Shown piece by piece: positions 17,202 through 25,786 of a stretch of DNA of 64,000 nucleotides. The translations under genes were made by a program, and so were the position numbers. Position 1 is the first letter of the stretch; every line of letters starts with the position of its first letter. Origin of the DNA: a virus (taxonomy: Duplodnaviria; Caudoviricetes); IMG/VR virus record IMGVR_UViG_3300033463_000038, positions 32,001 through 96,000 of that record; one strand, written 5' to 3'. The notes under the pieces are model-generated. The model was not told where the DNA came from and did no database searches. It worked only from the letters and a program-made list of their open reading frames with translations.

Positions 17202-18465
17202 CAAGGTCAGTGTAGCCGACGTTGTAGCTGTTGAAGTAGTTTACGATGTCGAAATCCTTCTTGTACCAGAAGCTGAAGATTGAGTACGCAGACGAGTAGA
17301 TCTTGTTTCCTATCAGAATTCCCTTCTTCGTATCAGCTTCGTTAGTCTCGTCAAGTTCGATCGTGTACTCATCTGACTCGCTAGCATGGATATCAAGTTT
17401 GACGTTTCCTACGTATACTCCATCTCTCTCGAAGTGAAGGTCGTCAAGCAGCATATCGACTGTATTGTACTTCGTCTGGTCTCCGCTGCTACCCTTCCAA
17501 GCAGCTATCAAATCTTCCATAGTAGTCTTGCAGTACTTGTACACTGGAATGCATGACGCTTTTCCAGTCATCACGAACTTTCCTATTCCTTTGATGTGAC
17601 CAGCGATATTCAAGCAGTCCGAAGTAGGATGAACGTTGCTCGGATTGACGAACAGTCTCAGGCCGTTCTCTATCTTTCGTACGATGTCTGACAGCTCATC
17701 GATCTTGCTCCTCGCATAAGCTGTACACATATCTTCATAAGCGGGCTTGATGATCCAGTCGTTCGCTCTTGTGCAGTATAGCTTCATTCTCTCTGTGAAT
17801 GCTCGATAGTACGAAGATGCAGACTCTACGCTAGTACACAGCTCAGTCTCGTCTAGTACGCAGTTGAACATCGCCTTCAACTGATCTAGAAGATCGAATA
17901 CGCCGAGGCGTTTCAGAGTGTCGAGATAGTATCTCAAGAAGCGCTCGATAGCGTCTACCTTCCGTCTCAGCCAACGGATCCACTTGTTCATCTGTGACAA
18001 GAAGCTCTGGAACAGCCCAGTGATAGCCGATACCGTGAAATCAAGAGAAATCCCAGAACATATCTGTTCCTTGAACGCCTGAAAATCTCTCGTAATCTCA
18101 TGCAGTTCTCTTTGAACGTCTCCATTGATTCCGAGCATGTCACGTACAGCTTTAGAGAAGATGGAATCGGGATTGAGAAGATAGTCTCTGAAGAATTCGC
18201 AGTTGTACATGTTCTGGCACATCTTCGTATTAGAGAAATCCCGAATCCACAAGAAGTCCAGAGACTTCATCAGACTCGTTATAGACGACGCTATCAGCTT
18301 TATGACTGGATTCAGAACTTCACGGATCGAAAACAGCATCAACTTGACGATGCCGTAAATCGTATCGAGAATCTTGTCTGCGACAGCTTGTGCTATTTCT
18401 AAAGCCGTCTTGAGAGTGACAAATGTCTCGTAAATGTACGTGCAAATGATCGTAGATACGTTCAT
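17167..18465 (-). CDS. hypothetical Cys-containing alpha-helical protein
   Basis: 432-aa ORF with phage-typical codon usage. Confidence 0.75.
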   Translation of the reverse strand: MNVSTIICTYIYETFVTLKTALEIAQAVADKILDTIYGIVKLMLFSIREVLNPVIKLIASSITSLMKSLDFLWIRDFSNTKMCQNMYNCEFFRDYLLNPDSIFSKAVRDMLGINGDVQRELHEITRDFQAFKEQICSGISLDFTVSAITGLFQSFLSQMNKWIRWLRRKVDAIERFLRYYLDTLKRLGVFDLLDQLKAMFNCVLDETELCTSVESASSYYRAFTERMKLYCTRANDWIIKPAYEDMCTAYARSKIDELSDIVRKIENGLRLFVNPSNVHPTSDCLNIAGHIKGIGKFVMTGKASCIPVYKYCKTTMEDLIAAWKGSSGDQTKYNTVDMLLDDLHFERDGVYVGNVKLDIHASESDEYTIELDETNEADTKKGILIGNKIYSSAYSIFSFWYKKDFDIVNYFNSYNVGYTDLVNLHDCARMYA

Positions 18466-18485
18466 ATCAGTATATATATCGTGAT

Positions 18486-19391
18486 ATGTCTACCGATTTT
18501 CAAGAAGAGTTCAATCGAATATGGGGAGCTGCTGGAGGCTGCTCTGTTAGCGGATGGAACTGGAATCAGCCGATGCCGTTCGACGGCACTGATCCGAACA
18601 GCTGCTACGCGAATGAAGCTGCTCTCATGAGCTCGTTGACGTCCGAAGCCTACAATCAGTTCGGTTTCGAAATCGACTACTACATCAAGCAGATATCGAC
18701 AAAGAGAGATCGGCTGCTCGGTGAAGATCCGTTAGAGAATATCGTCAGACGCTTCAGACTATCAGTCTACACGGCGCAGATACCTAACTTGCAGAAGAAA
18801 TATCAGCTTCAGGGCATGCTGTACGAAGAAGTGTTCGATGTTCAAGCTACGATAGCTCACTTCAGCGAGGCGAGTCAATACAATTACGACCGCAGCAAGA
18901 TCCAGTACGAGATGTATAAGCCGAAGATAGGCGACTTGATGCACTTCACCTACAACAACAAGTACTACGAAGTGATAAACGTAAAGACTTTCGGCGAGAA
19001 CACAGCGTTCCTTGGCACACCGATCACATATACGTTCACTCTAAGAATCTGGAAGAACAATCACGAAGATGTCGACGTCATGAGTCAGAACGACGACGAG
19101 ATGCCGATCGAGAAGTTCACGTCGCTCGCAGAGACTTTCGACATCGAGAACAATACTGCTGAAGTCGGTTCACACTGTGACATTCTAGCTATCAACGACT
19201 ACGTGGATTCGAAGGATACGATCAATCCATACACTGAGAAAGAGAGAAAATCTCAAGGAAAAGAACCAGAGATTATCCAGAAAAAGAACGAAAATACAGA
19301 GATTTTCACGTATAAGCCCAACGATGAGCCTACCGAGATCGTAAAACAGAAGCGGGAAACTGACCCTTTCGATCCGTTCAACGGATGGTGA
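18486..19391 (+). CDS. neck protein, T4 gp14-like
   Basis: L.SEA.NQFG..IDYY......D.LLGEDP and PKIGDL.HF....YYEV motifs. Confidence 0.85.
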   Translation: MSTDFQEEFNRIWGAAGGCSVSGWNWNQPMPFDGTDPNSCYANEAALMSSLTSEAYNQFGFEIDYYIKQISTKRDRLLGEDPLENIVRRFRLSVYTAQIPNLQKKYQLQGMLYEEVFDVQATIAHFSEASQYNYDRSKIQYEMYKPKIGDLMHFTYNNKYYEVINVKTFGENTAFLGTPITYTFTLRIWKNNHEDVDVMSQNDDEMPIEKFTSLAETFDIENNTAEVGSHCDILAINDYVDSKDTINPYTEKERKSQGKEPEIIQKKNENTEIFTYKPNDEPTEIVKQKRETDPFDPFNGW

Positions 19392-19393
19392 GA

Positions 19394-19401
19394 TATAAAT
19401 A
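19394..19401 (+). promoter_or_regulatory. late promoter
   Basis: TATAAATA. Confidence 0.75.
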
Positions 19402-19425
19402 ACTAGTAAATACGAGGTAAAACCT

Positions 19426-19845
19426 ATGAAATGGAATGAATATCTGAAGATGATCAAGGAAGACGCTAACTACAATCCCGAAGTCTTCGAAGACGAGATC
19501 AACGGCACGGTTCCTGATGCTGGCAACACGGACGTATCGACTCCAGAACCAGTTCAACAGAAGAGCGCTATGGGCGACCTGATCGAGAAATATTTCTCTA
19601 AGGGCGAGTCCGACGCTATCGCTTCTCTTGACGGCTTCTCCAACGACTTCGTCAACGAGCTGTCCAACTACATCATGAAGGAATGGATCAATCCGGAAGA
19701 CTTCACTGGTCGTGATGACGCGCTCGCTCAGTTCAAGAAGAAGGTCGAAGGCATTCTCGACAGCCGCATCAACAAGATCGGTACCGGAATTCACGACCTC
19801 GGCGTACAGCTCGCTAACACTAAGAACCTGTTCTTGAAGAAGTAA
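19426..19845 (+). CDS. probable internal head protein
   Basis: Late promoter; N-terminus MKWNEYLKMIKE resembles T4 capsid-targeting/gp21-cleaved leader. Confidence 0.55.
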   Translation: MKWNEYLKMIKEDANYNPEVFEDEINGTVPDAGNTDVSTPEPVQQKSAMGDLIEKYFSKGESDAIASLDGFSNDFVNELSNYIMKEWINPEDFTGRDDALAQFKKKVEGILDSRINKIGTGIHDLGVQLANTKNLFLKK

Positions 19846-19878
19846 GTCACAGCGGACACCGACAGCTGAGGAGAATCG

Positions 19879-21243
19879 ATGGCAGATCAGAATGGAAATT
19901 TTCCACCAAATCCTCCGCATCATCCATGCGGACCTTGGCCTTCAGTGTTTCCTTACAATAAAGACTACCCAGGAGATCATCCTCACCGTCCTCCGCAGCA
20001 AGTGCCAGGAAACCTTTGGTGGAATGACACTGAGCCAGTGATGGGTGTCTATCCCTGGGAATCGTGCTGCGACAGCGGTGCTGCAGATCAATGCATGTGC
20101 ATCACTTCTGGAGAAGTCGAGACATGGAATCAGACATACTCCGCAGTCAGCGAAAACTCTGCGGCATGGTCTGAACAAGCTCCAGACAACAGCTGGAGAA
20201 CGTCTGCCGACAACTGGCAGAGCGCGTACGAGACGGTAAGCGCTTCATCTGGAACTTGGAACGAAGCTTACAGCATAGCTTCGGGTTGGGATTCAGCTTC
20301 GCTAGATTCTCTGAATACGATCGTTTCTGCTACTAGCGCATTCCTGTCTACTTACAGCGCTTCTCCTTACATTCACGTCAATAGCGCTTACTTCGACGGA
20401 AATGGCAGTGAACCAGATCCTCTCACTTTCTCTCGTGACCTTCAAGCCTTCTATCAAGATGTAACGAAGGCGATGAACCAGCTCTACTTGGCTGGACAAT
20501 GGGGAGAAGAAGCTTATCGCAACTGGCTAGAGAAGGCAGATCTGAACGATCTGTACTATCATCTAGAAAAGATCGACAAGCTCATGTGGGATGTCAAGCC
20601 AGGAATTACTTCTGGTACGAAAACGCCAGACGGCATCTTCCATCAGCTAGAGAATATCTGGGCAGTCTTGAATGCGCCAGACGGAGATCTTTATCTTCCG
20701 GGTGAATGGATCAGCATCGTAGATCGAGTGATATCGGTCTCTGGAATGAATCCAGAGCTATGGTACGAGACTTCAGACGTCGTATCTGCTAATTCAGGAC
20801 ATTGGTCCGAGGGCTACTCTGCATACGAGACACTATCTGAAAATTCCGGAAGTTGGAACGATAGCCGTGAAAAGACAGAGATTCTCTCAGAAAGTTCTGG
20901 AAACTGGGATTCGACTTATGACGTCGTATTGACAAACTCCGGAAAATGGAACGAGATTTACGACGTACTGACTGACACATCGGCTAACTGGAACGCTGGA
21001 TATGAAGCCTACTTGACTCTGAACAGCAACTCTGGACGTTATGACGAGGCGTGCGCTAAGATCGACGAGGTTTCTGAAGCATCTGGCTCTTGGAACTCTG
21101 CATACGACACAGTCAACGAAAATTCTGCATCTTGGTCTAGCGGATCTCACGAGACATGGGTATATGAAGGAAATCTCGACGTGACTAACTATTCTGCATA
21201 CAACGCGCCAAACACTATCTACTTCAGCTACTATCAAGAATAA
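19879..21243 (+). CDS. virion protein with ~14-aa (S/N)SG-x-W-N-x-x-Y repeats
   Basis: Repeats such as NSGHWSEGY, NSGSWND, SSGNWDSTY, NSGKWNEIY, TSANWNAGY, ASGSWNSAY. Confidence 0.7.
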   Translation: MADQNGNFPPNPPHHPCGPWPSVFPYNKDYPGDHPHRPPQQVPGNLWWNDTEPVMGVYPWESCCDSGAADQCMCITSGEVETWNQTYSAVSENSAAWSEQAPDNSWRTSADNWQSAYETVSASSGTWNEAYSIASGWDSASLDSLNTIVSATSAFLSTYSASPYIHVNSAYFDGNGSEPDPLTFSRDLQAFYQDVTKAMNQLYLAGQWGEEAYRNWLEKADLNDLYYHLEKIDKLMWDVKPGITSGTKTPDGIFHQLENIWAVLNAPDGDLYLPGEWISIVDRVISVSGMNPELWYETSDVVSANSGHWSEGYSAYETLSENSGSWNDSREKTEILSESSGNWDSTYDVVLTNSGKWNEIYDVLTDTSANWNAGYEAYLTLNSNSGRYDEACAKIDEVSEASGSWNSAYDTVNENSASWSSGSHETWVYEGNLDVTNYSAYNAPNTIYFSYYQE

Positions 21244-21267
21244 AGTTTAAACAGGAGCATCTAAGAG

Positions 21268-21693
21268 ATGAAAGAATACAAAAATTTACACGAATTCCTT
21301 CTAAACGAGTCTACAGTGCTCGACAAGAGAGAAGACACTAACCCGCTGTACTATATCTGGGCTGTGATCAAGAGCGTCAACGGAAAGACCGAAGACGAGA
21401 TCAAGAAAGACGATTCGCTGAAGGCTCTGTTCAAGAAGCTTGACAAGTTCTGCGACAACTACGACAAGTACACTAAGAAGCTAAAGGGTCGCTATTCTCC
21501 AGCTGAGCTGCAGCTCTCTTTCCAGAATCAGACCGTAGACCAGCAGAAGAAGACTGTCGACTGGTTGCTAGACAACATGAAGACTGCTATGTCGGCTGAC
21601 ATAAATGGCTTTAACGAGTGGAAAGAGTTCACAGACGCTTTCGACGAGCTCAGAAATTCTGAAGAGATGCAGGTCGTGATCAACTCACTGTAA
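21268..21693 (+). CDS. probable internal head protein
   Basis: MKEYKNLHEFLLNE leader (L-N-E site). Confidence 0.55.
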   Translation: MKEYKNLHEFLLNESTVLDKREDTNPLYYIWAVIKSVNGKTEDEIKKDDSLKALFKKLDKFCDNYDKYTKKLKGRYSPAELQLSFQNQTVDQQKKTVDWLLDNMKTAMSADINGFNEWKEFTDAFDELRNSEEMQVVINSL

Positions 21694-21741
21694 AGATCTT
21701 CTATAAATAACATAAAAGAAATACTAAAAAGGTGTTACAAC

Positions 21742-22692
21742 ATGACTAAAAAGAGAAAAGAGCTTCTAAACGAGGATTTTCTGTCCGACATGGAACAGAA
21801 GCCCGTCAGCGCTGAAGACGTAGCGGGTGCACCGGAAAACGTTGCTGATGACGACTTTGCTGATCTTCTCGGCGGAAAGACTGCTCAAGCTGAACCTCAG
21901 GTCAGTCCGTCTGCTCAGGAAGACTTCGCAGAGACAGTCTCTACTCTGAAGGACGCTGTCAACGGCCTTGCAGTCACTGTAAAGGAAATAAAGGACGCTA
22001 TGACAAAGCAAGCTGAACCAGCACCAGCAGAAGAACCTGTTGCTCCAGCTGAACCAGAAGCTGCACCAGACGCACCTCCTAACGTAGATCTCGACGCTGC
22101 TCCGGAGGGCAGCGAAGAGGCTGCTCCAGCTGAACCAGCTGCAGATAAGGCGGCACCAGAAGATAAGCCTATCGAAGACAAGCCAGCAGAAGGTGGAGAA
22201 GCACCAGCTGCTGAGACTGAAGAAGACGACTTCTCTCAGGATGAATCCCGTCCCGAAGACGCTACTAAGTCTGAAGCCTACCAGATGAACCGCAAGGCTG
22301 GAAAGCTGCTCAACAGCAACTCTGGCTCTATCATCGGCATCGTCGAGTCTGGAAAGCTCTATAAGCTAGACGAGATGATCATGGCTGCTGTCAAGGCTAA
22401 GATCCGTGAGAAGATCAACGAAGCGAAGGCTAACCTCAAGGCTGAGTTCTTGAGAGAAGCAGCAGAACTTCCGAAGTCCGAGCCAGAAGTGATCAACGAA
22501 GAAGAACAGAAGGTCGAAGAGGCTAAGTCCGAATCTAAGAAGCCTATGTCGTTCCTCGAAAAGCTCAAGGCCGCTAAGGCATGCAAGGGCTCTGAATGCA
22601 CTGAAGAGAAGTGCGACGAATCCAAGAAGTCTTCTGATAAGTTTTCTTCCAAGTGCGAAGAAGACGAGGATGGCAAGAAGAAGGAACACTAA
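21742..22692 (+). CDS. acidic Pro/Ala-rich protein, prohead core/scaffold-like
   Basis: TATAAATA at 21702; multiple (I/L)xE sites, coiled-coil and low-complexity segments. Confidence 0.55.
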   Translation: MTKKRKELLNEDFLSDMEQKPVSAEDVAGAPENVADDDFADLLGGKTAQAEPQVSPSAQEDFAETVSTLKDAVNGLAVTVKEIKDAMTKQAEPAPAEEPVAPAEPEAAPDAPPNVDLDAAPEGSEEAAPAEPAADKAAPEDKPIEDKPAEGGEAPAAETEEDDFSQDESRPEDATKSEAYQMNRKAGKLLNSNSGSIIGIVESGKLYKLDEMIMAAVKAKIREKINEAKANLKAEFLREAAELPKSEPEVINEEEQKVEEAKSESKKPMSFLEKLKAAKACKGSECTEEKCDESKKSSDKFSSKCEEDEDGKKKEH

Positions 22693-22695
22693 CTC

Positions 22696-23187
22696 GTGCT
22701 AAGCGAAACTCAAATGGGAGCTCTGAAAGTATTGGAAGCGCTGGAAGGTGAGGAAGAGACTGCATACACAGTCAACATCTCTAATCCAGTGTGTCCTTGC
22801 TGCGGAGCTAAACTCGTGATCAACGACGATGTCGAGCCTGGTCAGAACGAAGAGCTCAACACTGAGAATCTCGAAGAGAGCTACAGTGTCAACGAGCAGT
22901 TAGCTGATCCTTCAGTCATCATTCCGATGGTGCGTGAGACGGCTAACTACATCGTGGAAGGCTACACCGAGTACTGCGAACAGGCTGGTCTCGACCAGCG
23001 TCAGATCGCAAACTCGCTGTGCTATCCAGTCGATCCGGAACTTAAAGACGCTATCGTGAGAAAGGCGAAGGAATTGAAGTCCGTGTTTGCGAGCGCTTAC
23101 GGACTAATCGTAAACGAACAGATCATCGTCCAAGATCTTCGGGACGCGATCAAGAGAATCGTAACAGGCGGACGAAGATCAGTATAA
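22696..23187 (+). CDS. hypothetical head-associated protein with CPCCG motif
   Basis: ORF in late cluster, GTG start. Confidence 0.65.
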   Translation: MLSETQMGALKVLEALEGEEETAYTVNISNPVCPCCGAKLVINDDVEPGQNEELNTENLEESYSVNEQLADPSVIIPMVRETANYIVEGYTEYCEQAGLDQRQIANSLCYPVDPELKDAIVRKAKELKSVFASAYGLIVNEQIIVQDLRDAIKRIVTGGRRSV

Positions 23188-23218
23188 ATAAAAAGATTTT
23201 AACAACGAGGTTAACCAA

Positions 23219-23620
23219 ATGAAAGACTCTAAAATCACTAAAGAAATGCTCGATGAAGCAATCGAAGTGGCAGAGGCTCACGGCTACAAAGTGGTCGATG
23301 AGTCTGCTAAGGCTTATGCTGAGAAGTCCAAGAAGGAACTGATCAAGGAAGCTATTGAAGTCGCTAAGGCTCATGGCTACAAGGTCATCAAGGAAGACGA
23401 AGAAGAGGAAGTCGAGACTAATGTCGAAACTGAGACTCCGGAAGTCGAAGATGATGGCGAACTCATCACCATCCAGGTGACGAAGTCTGAGCTCGAAGCT
23501 ATCAAGTCTGTTCTCGACAAGATCGAATACGAAGATGACGGTTCCGCAGACGCTGAAGCTGCAGCTGCAGTAGTTAGCGCTATGGACAACGACAACATCT
23601 ACGGCGCTGCCGAAGACTAA
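23219..23620 (+). CDS. probable internal head protein with duplicated EAIEVA.AHGYKV..E motif
   Basis: TATAAATA at 23183; internal repeat. Confidence 0.6.
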   Translation: MKDSKITKEMLDEAIEVAEAHGYKVVDESAKAYAEKSKKELIKEAIEVAKAHGYKVIKEDEEEEVETNVETETPEVEDDGELITIQVTKSELEAIKSVLDKIEYEDDGSADAEAAAAVVSAMDNDNIYGAAED

Positions 23621-23648
23621 TTCGAAGCTTCGCGAAAAGCAATTAAAA

Positions 23649-23680
23649 GAGACTCTGGTTCATCGCCAGAGTCTTTCTTT
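23649..23680 (+). terminator. intrinsic terminator
   Basis: AGACTCTGG / CCAGAGTCT stem plus T-rich tail. Confidence 0.75.
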
Positions 23681-23709
23681 GCTTATAAATAACTTAAGAG
23701 GAATTTCTT

Positions 23710-24201
23710 ATGAAGAGATTTATGGATTTCAGAGAAAAGCGCATCGACGAGGCTGAACCAGTTCAACAGCAAGCCTCACCACAGCCTAAAGAAGCGCCAA
23801 AAGAGCCTGTAGAAGCTCCAAAAGCTGAGCCTCAGGATGCACCTAAGGAAGAGAAGCCAAAGAGCCTTAGAGAGACGTTAGCGGACAAAATTAAGCCGCA
23901 GATGGAATCTGCATTGAGCATCGTGAACGGCATTCAGACTGCATTCCAGGACAGATGCGCAAATACGACTAAGTATGACGCAATGGGTGACCAGATCAAG
24001 AACTTCGAGAAGCAGATCCGTGGCGCTTGTGAGCAGGTCATCGCGATGGTCGAACAGGAAAAGTTCGACTGGAAGAACTGGGACAACTGCTCTCCGAAGT
24101 CTTACAACGTGATCACGAAGTACAAAGATCGCGACTTCGACGTTCTGAAGCTCTCCGCTGCAGTGATCGTATTCTACAACAGCTTGATAGGAAAGAACTA
24201 A
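23710..24201 (+). CDS. probable internal head protein
   Basis: TATAAATA at 23684; MKRFMDFREKRIDE leader. Confidence 0.55.
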   Translation: MKRFMDFREKRIDEAEPVQQQASPQPKEAPKEPVEAPKAEPQDAPKEEKPKSLRETLADKIKPQMESALSIVNGIQTAFQDRCANTTKYDAMGDQIKNFEKQIRGACEQVIAMVEQEKFDWKNWDNCSPKSYNVITKYKDRDFDVLKLSAAVIVFYNSLIGKN

Positions 24202-24202
24202 C

Positions 24203-24604
24203 ATGAGATATCTAGTCGAAAAGCTACTACTCGAACAGCCACATGTCTTTCTCGACATGGACGAAGAGTCTGAAGATGCTGGCGGAATCTGGGATTTCTG
24301 TGCAGAAGATCGTCCGAAGACTTGGATCATTCAGTTGATCAAGCTATATGCGATGCACAAGCTAGAGACTCTGAATCCGAGAAAGAACAACTCGACCGTC
24401 TTGTATTTGACTCCAGACGAAGTCGAGATGTTCACACAGCACATGGCCGAAGATCCGTTCTTCATCATCCAGGCTAAGAGCTGCGTCGACAAGATGAAGA
24501 GAGATAATCAAGATAAAGCGATTCGATTGCTTCAGAAGTACCTACCAGACGCGCTTCTTTCGAAGATAGGAATCTCAAAAGAAGTTGAACTGGAGGAAGT
24601 ATGA
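24203..24604 (+). CDS. hypothetical protein
   Basis: 133-aa ORF coupled to upstream gene. Confidence 0.7.
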   Translation: MRYLVEKLLLEQPHVFLDMDEESEDAGGIWDFCAEDRPKTWIIQLIKLYAMHKLETLNPRKNNSTVLYLTPDEVEMFTQHMAEDPFFIIQAKSCVDKMKRDNQDKAIRLLQKYLPDALLSKIGISKEVELEEV

Positions 24605-24732
24605 GCGTAAGAGTCCGAAAGCCTATCAAAAAGGTTCAAGAGACAGAACCTAAGAAAATCTTAAAGGAAATTCCGATCCGTAAAAAGAAGAGTGAATCTA
24701 CTGTATCGAGTGACGTTGGTACAGCTCCTTGA
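24601..24732 (+). CDS. small basic hypothetical protein (43 aa)
   Basis: GGAGG SD, ATGA overlap; MSVRVRKPIKKVQETEPKK...; below ORF-track cutoff. Confidence 0.4.
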   Translation: MSVRVRKPIKKVQETEPKKILKEIPIRKKKSESTVSSDVGTAP

Positions 24733-25786
24733 ACGAGCTGAACACCTTGACTTTGTCACTGATATCTGAGCTGTCGTCGATATACTTCTTTGCTAGACTC
24801 AGCAGAGTGATTTTCGAGACATCGATCTTCTCTATCGATGTCTTTTCTTCTCTGCGCTGGTAGATCGGATTGACAGGATACGCTGGCTCGTAGCTTTCGA
24901 TCTTCTCAAGGTACTCGTTCACCTTGTTCATGTATTTCGAATCTTCCCAACCGATCTCGACATCAATTATGTTGCCCTGAATGAAGGTCTTTGGATCCTC
25001 GGGCATATCTGGGTACTTGAGCTTCTTGTACTCGATGCAGTGCTCGTTACGGATAAATTCCATCTCTTCCGTGTAAGTGTCGAGAATGTAGAATCCTTTA
25101 TCTTCGATCTCGGAGCGATTGAGCTGGTATGGAGAGCCCAAATAGGTCAGTTTGCAGTCACCCTGTGTAGTTTCCGAGTGAATGTGATAATGGCCCGTAT
25201 AGATGTGTTTCCAGTGCTTAAACAGCTCTTCTTTGTCGAATCCTTGCTCGGCGCGGTTGTTGAAGATGTCCATCTTTGCGCCTAGCACGTCCAAGTGACC
25301 GAATAGGCGCGTAATTCCACTCGTCATCGTGTGCTTTTTCTCGACAGTGTTTCTGAACTCTTCGTAGTCCGTAACCCACGGCAGAAGGAGTGTGTCGTGA
25401 TCTCTTCCCTCTTCTATGCAACGCTGAGGATCGAGACTAATTCTCAACGGCCTATCTATGATGCACACGTTCTTGATGCGGTCCAATACGACCAACGAAC
25501 TAATGTCCATCGAATTCTTGTAATAGAGGTCGTGATTGCCGAGAATGATGTACCAGATCACTTCGCCCTCGTGTCGCTTGAAGAAGTCGATCACTCTGTT
25601 TATCGTCAAAACGTTCACTGCATGACGAGTGTCGAACAGGTCGCCCAGAACGAAGATTTTCTCTATTCCTCGCTCTTTGCAGTCGTTGACCATCTGCTCC
25701 ATGAATGCGAATTGAGAATCTTGGAATTTCTTGTCTGAATCTTTTACGCCAAAGTGGATGTCGCTAACTAGGGCTACCTTGCTCAT
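24698..25786 (-). CDS. recombination nuclease, T4 gp47/Mre11/SbcD-like
   Basis: DIH, GDLFD, GNHD, GH, GHYH metallophosphoesterase motifs. Confidence 0.93.
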   Translation of the reverse strand: MSKVALVSDIHFGVKDSDKKFQDSQFAFMEQMVNDCKERGIEKIFVLGDLFDTRHAVNVLTINRVIDFFKRHEGEVIWYIILGNHDLYYKNSMDISSLVVLDRIKNVCIIDRPLRISLDPQRCIEEGRDHDTLLLPWVTDYEEFRNTVEKKHTMTSGITRLFGHLDVLGAKMDIFNNRAEQGFDKEELFKHWKHIYTGHYHIHSETTQGDCKLTYLGSPYQLNRSEIEDKGFYILDTYTEEMEFIRNEHCIEYKKLKYPDMPEDPKTFIQGNIIDVEIGWEDSKYMNKVNEYLEKIESYEPAYPVNPIYQRREEKTSIEKIDVSKITLLSLAKKYIDDSSDISDKVKVFSSFKELYQRHSIQ

